Assembly: GCF_018350175.1 (NCBI RefSeq)
Contig: NC_058368.1
Span: 206,276,001 to 206,340,000, forward strand
Direction: 5' to 3'
Source of the DNA: Felis catus
Lineage: Eukaryota
DNA: 64,000 nt
A program made the translations under genes and the position numbers. Within the stretch, counting starts at the first letter, position 1; each line of letters starts with the position of its first letter. The notes below the pieces were generated by a model. That model saw only the letters and a list, made by a program, of their open reading frames with translations, searched no databases and was not told the DNA's origin. Shown here in pieces: positions 56,602 through 64,000 of the stretch.

Positions 56602-59600
56602 ACCTAAAACTTTGCTTATTTCTTTGATAGCAATAAGCATGCATAAAAAATCATAGCCAAATGTTTCCATTTATAATCAAGTTATAATTATAACTGAGGA
56701 TTGGCCTTTTGGAATGCAATTTGCACAGGAATTGGAACATGATTAATAGTTAAAAGCCTAATGTGCAAAAATGAATTAAGATAATTTTGTTCATTGTTCA
56801 GTAGGCATATAGCATAATGTAATTTTCACAATGAATTATAGGTCTCTCAGGCTCACTTGATTTTTGGCTGTTTTATATTTAATGTATACAGGGCTTTGTA
56901 GAATATTAATTTACCATAAAGGCCTTCATGTATTATTACAAGTTGATATGTTCTATAATTGCTTCATAAATTTATTCAATAAATATTTGCCTAGAATCCC
57001 CAGAGACCTTTATAGGTGATTTGTTTTGGGGGGATCCTGAACTTCTTACATAGCAGGTATTTTCCAGTAGTGACAGGCTGGACAACTCTTCCATATCTCT
57101 TCCCTTAATATTCTTTAGTATATGGTAAGCATATCAAAGATTAAATTAGACATAACTAAAATTTTTTCTTTAGCTTGATAAATCCAAAAACACACAGAAC
57201 TTATATATTCAGATACTCTAGGCACTAAGTTAAATCTTAAAATTTGTCTCACTATATTCTGTACATAAATTTCTCTTTTTGTCACAAGAGCTGAGTTGCA
57301 TATGCTATAAATAAATCATGTTTTTGTCAATCTCACAAATTCCGCTGCTCATGTCCGTCAGTATTGAATGTATACAAAAATTTCTAGTCATTCAATTATG
57401 TATCTTTTAAATTGATTTAGCACACAGAATATTTCCCACCATTTAAATGCTCAGATAAGACTTTTTCTCCCAAATTTTATCGTGACCATTTTTAAAAACA
57501 AAAATAGAAAGGCTATAGGGTGATCACATGTGTGTCTACCACTTAGATTCAACACTGGTTAACATTTTGCCACATTTGCTTTATATCTATGTATGTATAT
57601 AGACATAGTGTACATAGGTACGTGTATATAGATATATATGTTTTTTTCTCATTGAACCGTTTGGATGTTGCTGACATACTTATCACCCTCAACATTTCAA
57701 GCATCTCCTAAAAAAAATAACATTTTCCTAAAAACACATAATACTATTATCAGATTAGTAATTCCCTAAAGTCATCTAATCATGCATATTTAGGTTTCCC
57801 CAGTTGTCTTTCAAATTTCTTTTATAGCTGGCTATTTCAAACCAGGATTCAGTGAAAATTTAGACATTGCCAGGTATGACATTATTACTTCAATAAAATA
57901 ATGGAACGAATCAGTTAGTGCTTCTAAATGGTCACATTTGTTTTAGATTTTAATCATTTTTTAAAAAGTAGCATTATGGGAACTGCCTAAAGATGCTTAA
58001 TTAATCTTTGTAAGATCTCTATACTTTCTTTTCCTTGATCCTTCCTTTTTCCTAGTAGCATTCCATAATAGTTGTAAATGAAGATTTAAAGTCACTTCAG
58101 TTAAAATTGGTGTCCTGTGTATGCTAATAAAAAATAAAAAGTACTATATCACCCATAATTGCCTTATACTATTTTAACTTCAAGGTATTGATTTTCTTTG
58201 GTATCAATCATTTTTCCATTGCAGAAGAGCTATCTTATTTCTCATTTAATACTTTTGTATTATAGGACTATTTTTGGCAAATACAGTGAACACCTTTGTA
58301 ACCAGACAGTAATATACTCAAGTGTCTTGATAGCTTGCACAGTTAACTATAGTTGTAGATTTGGTTCCAGTACCCCTAGAAACATTCAGTGAATTCAAAA
58401 GAAAAATCTTGCTTATGTCCAGGACTTATCTATTCAACTTAGAATCTGAAAGCTGTATAAAATAATAGGAGTGCAACTTAAATACTAAGTTCAAAACTGT
58501 ATAACTTGTATGTGGCCCTGCATTTTTGGGATATTGATTTAATGTAGGGTCTCTGAATGCAGCATTATGTTCCTGATGTTAAGAACAGAAGACTGTATTT
58601 TTGAAAAGTTACAGATTTGTACATAGAACTAAGACATTGTCAGAATGTCTCTATAAGCTGTTGTGGGGAGGTGGTGGGGCGGTGGGGGGGGGGGATTGAA
58701 AGGAGGAACCAATTAAATAGGACCTTCTAAAAATTGTTAATTTTGTAAACTTTGCTGCTTGTTAAGTTATTGTGATTCCTTTTAGTTACTGAGTTTTATT
58801 TTGAAGATATTTAAATATTGCACTTGTACAAATAGTATGATAAACGCACAGATTATTGCAGCAGATTCTTTTTTAAGCTGGGATATTTGAAATGACAACT
58901 TTTGGTTGAATGTGTTGAGGTTGCATCAGAATTTTCAAAAATTTATTGTAGTTTGCAAATTCTTACTAACTGAAGATGTAAGGGAGTCAATGCAAATGAT
59001 TTTTAATCTTTTTTTATTATCTTTTCAGCAATTTATATTTTTTGTGATTTATGCAACCATATTTTTACTTTGTCTTGACAACTGAAAGATGTATAAGGTT
59101 TTTGCCAGAAATGTACTGTATACATAGTTTTAAATATAACAGATTTTACTGATATGTAAAAATTTTGCCATTAAAATAAATGATTTCTCACCAAGAGGAA
59201 ATTTTCTACCAGGTTGGGGGATATGGGAGCTTAATATATCTAATTTAAAATAATTTCACTGAAATAAATTCCATTGCTTTTACTTTGATTATATTTTCTC
59301 TTGAGATGCTTTTGTAGTTTTTCAGAATTTTAAATGATTTTATATAAAAAGTCCTGTGCTTTCACCTTCCCCATCCCCCCTCCAATCCCTGCTTTTTGAC
59401 CTTGTAGTTTTACCATTCACACTGAATGAATGCTTGGTGGACTGTGGCTAGATGTAGGACTCCATGCGTCTATGCTTGGACTGGCATCCTTGGAATGAAA
59501 AACAAATGGTGTGCTGTTTAAATCTTTTCCCCTTAATTCTTGTCCATCTCCTCCATACACAGCAGAAGTCTTATTTTCATTGTGAATTCTCCTGACAAGA

Positions 59601-59830
59601 TGAATGAAATTCCACATACAACATAACTATAAATTGGTAATGGGGTAGAAATCAATCTTTGTGGTACAGTATTTCTGAGATGTGTTCGCATATGTTTCAA
59701 CCGGGGTATATTTAGGTATATAATTTAAAATACTTTGATTTAGAAAGTGGATGATAAAAACATAATTTTTCCTGTTACAGTGTGCTTAAATTTTTAACTT
59801 CCGGAAAAATTAAATAAAAAGCACTTATTC
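56602..59830 (+). other. PRKAA1: PRKAA1 3' UTR (end approximate; several AATAAA candidates, e.g. 59175, 59264, 59813)
   Basis: AT-rich, free of Can-SINEs, follows the stop codon. Confidence 0.6.
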
Positions 59831-61344
59831 CTAGCTGACCATGTGTGCACCTTTTTGACAGTGTGCCTAAATATAAAATATAGTGCTTAAACAAATTTTA
59901 ACACTCAGACGTGTGATTTTTGTGTCAACTAAATTACTGAGTTTTGATTTCATCGAAAAGTTAACCACCTGAACAAAATATTAAGATATATACAATAAAA
60001 GCCAAAGTGGTTACCAGTTTTCCTTGGTTGCTAACATTAGATTTGGTTAGAATTCCACTACTGTTAGAATTCAACTGTAATGAAATCTTATATCCCGTAT
60101 GGCACTGTTAGGCCTTGTGCCAGATTGTTGGCATTCCAAATCGTTAAAATAGTTTGATAATTGTAACAAAAGAAAACAGTACTAAAGAATGCTGTGAATA
60201 GCACATAAGATTGTTCTTTAGGGAACTTATAAATTGCTCTAGATATTTATTTACCCTGACTGTATAAAACTGTACAATAAATGCTCTTGTTTGAAAAATC
60301 AATATTTATTGAACTGTTCTATTGTAGGCAAATAGACTGTTTTATTTATTGTGAATGCCAATAAATGTTAAGTATGATAAACTTAGAGGATTTCTAGCAA
60401 CTTGGAAGATCATATTGTCAATAAATAGCCTGAGAAATGTATTAAATATATTAATAAGTACATGAAGTTCATAGGACAAAGTAAGTAGGGAAGTGGTGGG
60501 TGAAGTGTGAAAACTCAGTGTTGGAGGTAGCCTTTATCAGAGTAAAGTTATTTGGGAGATTTAGGAAAGACCCCTAGAAAGGAGTACAGCTTTAAGCACC
60601 GCTTAAATTATTCACTCTACAAATTATATCCCCTCATATAGCTACTATGAATCAAGCACTAAGAATGTGACCATAAAGGCATAAATCCTGCTGAATGTCT
60701 TGTCCGAGAGACACGTGTTATAAAGGCTTAAAGAAGTATTACAGTAAAGTGCAAATCATAAATATTTGACTTGATGAATTGTCACTGATTTAGGTTTGCA
60801 GTGAACACAGTCATGTAAACCTCTGCCCTTCTTAAGAAACATTCTACGACCTTTGTATCTTTTATAATTAATGTCAGTAGTTGTATACTCCAAATGATAA
60901 TACTTCTATGATATGACAGTATAATTGGCAACACTGTCCATTGTTTTCCTGAAGTAACAGGCTCCTTTTGTTCATTTTCATAAGGCCTGTCACATACCCA
61001 ATCCTGAATAACCAGCTGGACTGCTGGCTGTTTTCTAAATAAGAGTTGCATTCCACACAACAAAAGTGTATACCTCAGTTTATAATGCGATCTCACAACT
61101 GCTTTTACTGGTGACATCATACTTCAATACACGGCAAAAGTACTTAATGAGTACTTCCCATTTTGTGATACAGATTAAAAACTACTCCAGGGTCATTTTA
61201 ATAATTTTTACCGCTTCCTAAAGGACATTCTTGAGTGTTTCTGTTTTGTGTTTTTGGTAGTATGAGTGTGGTGGTGAAACTGCAAGGACAACTAGCACAG
61301 TTTGGTATCATTGGCTTAATACCAGCTGAGCTGTCAGCAGTTTT

Positions 61345-61483
61345 ACCCATCACTGCTTTTCCATTATCAGTGCAAAGTTAACATGGTGAAAAAGGCCAGC
61401 GAGGTCTTCCTATGAGCATAAAAATAGTCTGAAGAAGCCTTGGCAACCCTCAGGGGTCTGAGGATCACCTTGGAGAATCATTG
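61345..61483. mobile_element. hAT-Charlie remnant (MER119-like)
   Basis: atcagtgcaaagttaacatggtgaaaaaggc...ggggtctgaggatcaccttggagaatcattg. Confidence 0.5.
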
Positions 61484-61490
61484 TTGTACA

Positions 61491-61731
61491 AGAGCAGTTC
61501 TCAATGCGGCAGGGGTGGGTGAACAATTTTTCTTCCAGGAACATTTGGCAATGACTGGAGACGTTTTTGATTGGTCACAACTGGAGGTAAAATGGTGGTG
61601 GTAGTGGATGCTAACGGCATCTAGTGGGTAGATTCCAGAGACGCTGCTAAACACCCTTCGGGGCACAGGAGACTCCATTTCTCCAACAAAGATTATGCAG
61701 TTTGACAAACAACGCTGAGGTTGAAAAAGCA
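61491..61731. mobile_element. MER20 DNA transposon
   Basis: gttctcaa...acatttggcaatgactggagacgttttt...ggcatctagtgggtaga...gctgctaaaca...gctgaggttgaaaa. Confidence 0.85.
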
Positions 61732-62084
61732 TGGTCTACAAAATTGGTCTTCCCTTGCACAAGATAGCCACGTCGATAAATTAACCATCTTTTCAATTTC
61801 CTAAACAGTCCCCTGGGTTACGTTTCCCCACTTAATTATTTTCAAGACATAAACTACACCTACGTTTAGGTTTTAATTCTTCTGGGCCCAATTTACTTAT
61901 GTTTTCCGACGTGAAGCCTACAGTTGAACCAAGGGCCTCCTTGATCTGCTGCATCTGCTCCCCTGAACCCTTTTTCAATGGAGTTTTCCCTTCGTCCTTT
62001 GCGTCTAGGCTGGCCTCTCAGCTGGACTGTAAACTCCTTTAAGGCAGGATCCCATTTTAATGCTATGAATTCCCGCCCAAGTCC

Positions 62085-62970
62085 TTCTCCCCGACCCCAG
62101 TTTGTTTTACCTCGCGACTGAACGAGTCCCGCAGTCTCACGGGGCCTGATTTTGACTGCGCGCACCTCAACCTGCGCAGCCGCAGGTTGCCGTCGTCCGC
62201 GCGCCTGACGCCCCCGACTGCTGCTAGAGGGCGCTCCGGGTCCGGGTGGCCCGGACTACAGATCCCAGAGGGTAATGGGGGTGGAGGCTACCGCAGCGAC
62301 TTCTGGGATTTGTGGTCCCGGGAAAGGGACTGGCCGACCTTAAGGGCTTTGAGAGTCGCCTCTTCCCTACCCGCTTCTCTGAGCGGTTCCGACGCCTCGG
62401 GTCGGCCAGGCCAGTTTCTTGAGAGACCTGGCATCAAAGGCAGGCAGGCAGGAGGTCGGGCATGTTAGTTTCCGCTTCCGGTCGGTAAAGGGCAAGCACA
62501 ATGTAAACACGGGACCAGGGGCGTGGTCATTAGGTAACTGAGGGTACGCTGACCGTGGTGGAACCCCAGGAAGAGGAGGAAAACGAGGCTGGTGGGTCTT
62601 GTGGTTAGGGGAGAAAGGACCTTCAGAAGTCGGAGTTGAGACGCGACGGAGGTGCGGCAGAGCCGGGACGCTAAGGTTGGTCTTTAGGGACGAGCATTTC
62701 TAGGGGTCGGGCCCTCCCTTACACCAAGGCAGGAGCGGCTTCCGCGTTTCCACGGCGGCGGGTGCGGCTTTGACCTTCCCTTAACGGTGGGAGGAGCGGA
62801 ACCAAGCTTGCTTCCCACCTCTGGTTGAGCGTGTCTGCGGCTGCTGGCGGCCTGGTGGACTCGCGGGGGACGTCCAGGGCAGCCTTTATGAGCTTCGCAT
62901 ATCTTTATTGTTTTGGAAACGAGAGGAACTTAGTAATACAAGTTTCTCTCGCGCGGTGACATTTTCGGGT
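62085..62970 (+). promoter_or_regulatory. TTC33: CpG-island promoter / non-coding first exon region, probably of TTC33
   Basis: CpG-dense; ACTACA..TCCCA motifs; ETS site cttccgg 62475-62481. Gene identity is inferred only from the conserved order RPL37-PRKAA1-TTC33; no coding sequence is in the window. Confidence 0.6.
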
Positions 62971-64000
62971 AAATTGCTTCTTGAATCTCTCACCTCTGAA
63001 TACATCCCGATACCCGAAGGATCCTGTTTTGATTTCCTAATGGTGTTCATCTAGTGGTTTCTCGCCTTAGGTGCTGCCTCCTCCTATGCAGTGAAGACAG
63101 GCATTCTCGGTTTGTGGTTGGATAAACTGTCCAGCCGACAACAGTAACTGAATGCCTACTGTAGAGATCATTGAACCAGCAAAAGAATTTAGAACACAAC
63201 ATTGTTGTTTAGAGTTTCATGGCATTCATTAACTATGACCCTATGTAAAATAAATTTATGTTTCATGAGTTTAACGTGAAACCTCTGTGATTATGGTTTA
63301 CCCATATGGTTTCTTATCCGGGTGAAAAAACGTGAAGGCTAAGATGTTGGCGCCTTGTGCATCTAACTATAGATTCAGGAAAACCTTATTTATAAGAAGC
63401 TTTAATTTCATGTTCAGATATCCTTAGAGGAACAGCAAACTAGTACTAATTAAGACACCTTAATACCTGAGTATTAAGTTTTTCAGGATAGAAACTGTTT
63501 TGCATGTGTCCTAGGACTAACCCGACTTTTATTTTTGAAAACCTGTCAGCCTCCCCTCCAGGAAGCCTCAAGAGTCTCCACTGAAGTCATAGTATCCTAT
63601 TTTGTTTACTCTCCAGTAGCACTTATCCTGGAGTGGATTGACTATACCCTTGTCTCCAGACAGTTGAAGAAAATACAAAACTGTGCTAATGGCCCTTGGT
63701 AACAGATTCAGTGGATTTTAACCTCAGTGGCCCTTGATACTGTTTGGTATCTTTATTCATCCCTCATTGTTGATTTTCCTATCTTCCCATTCTCTCTAGT
63801 GACTCAGAACTTTTCTTCTCAAGTACTCAGATCTGTTTCTTTTCCCTTTACTTGGAGCCAATGACTAGCCATCTATTTCTCTGGGAAATTTGAAGCTTGG
63901 GGTATGAAATCCTTCATTGTCTTTTCCCTCTACCCCTGAACTTGTCTGTACTTTTCACTCAGTATGAACTCTTGTTTGAGAGGAATGTATTCTTTTCACT

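Overview
Mammalian genomic DNA, almost certainly from a felid, judging by the abundant cat-type Can-SINEs (SINEC_Fc) and carnivore L1s. All genes are on the + strand. The window holds the 3' part of RPL37 (coding exons 2-4) with intronic SNORD72, then about 20 kb of repeat-rich intergenic DNA. Next is the complete PRKAA1 (AMPK alpha-1) gene: a CpG-island promoter, 9 constitutive coding exons summing to 1680 nt (559 aa plus stop), an intact 45-nt cassette exon and a 3' UTR of about 3 kb. A second CpG island near 62.1-63.0 kb is probably the TTC33 promoter, by conserved synteny. The most unusual observation is a 108-bp, 107/108-identical copy of the RPL37 stop codon, poly(A) signal and downstream element placed inside RPL37 intron 3, upstream of SNORD72. 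I see no evidence of a wholly new multi-gene system. Repeat family names come from recalled consensus motifs, and repeat boundaries are approximate unless TSDs are given.
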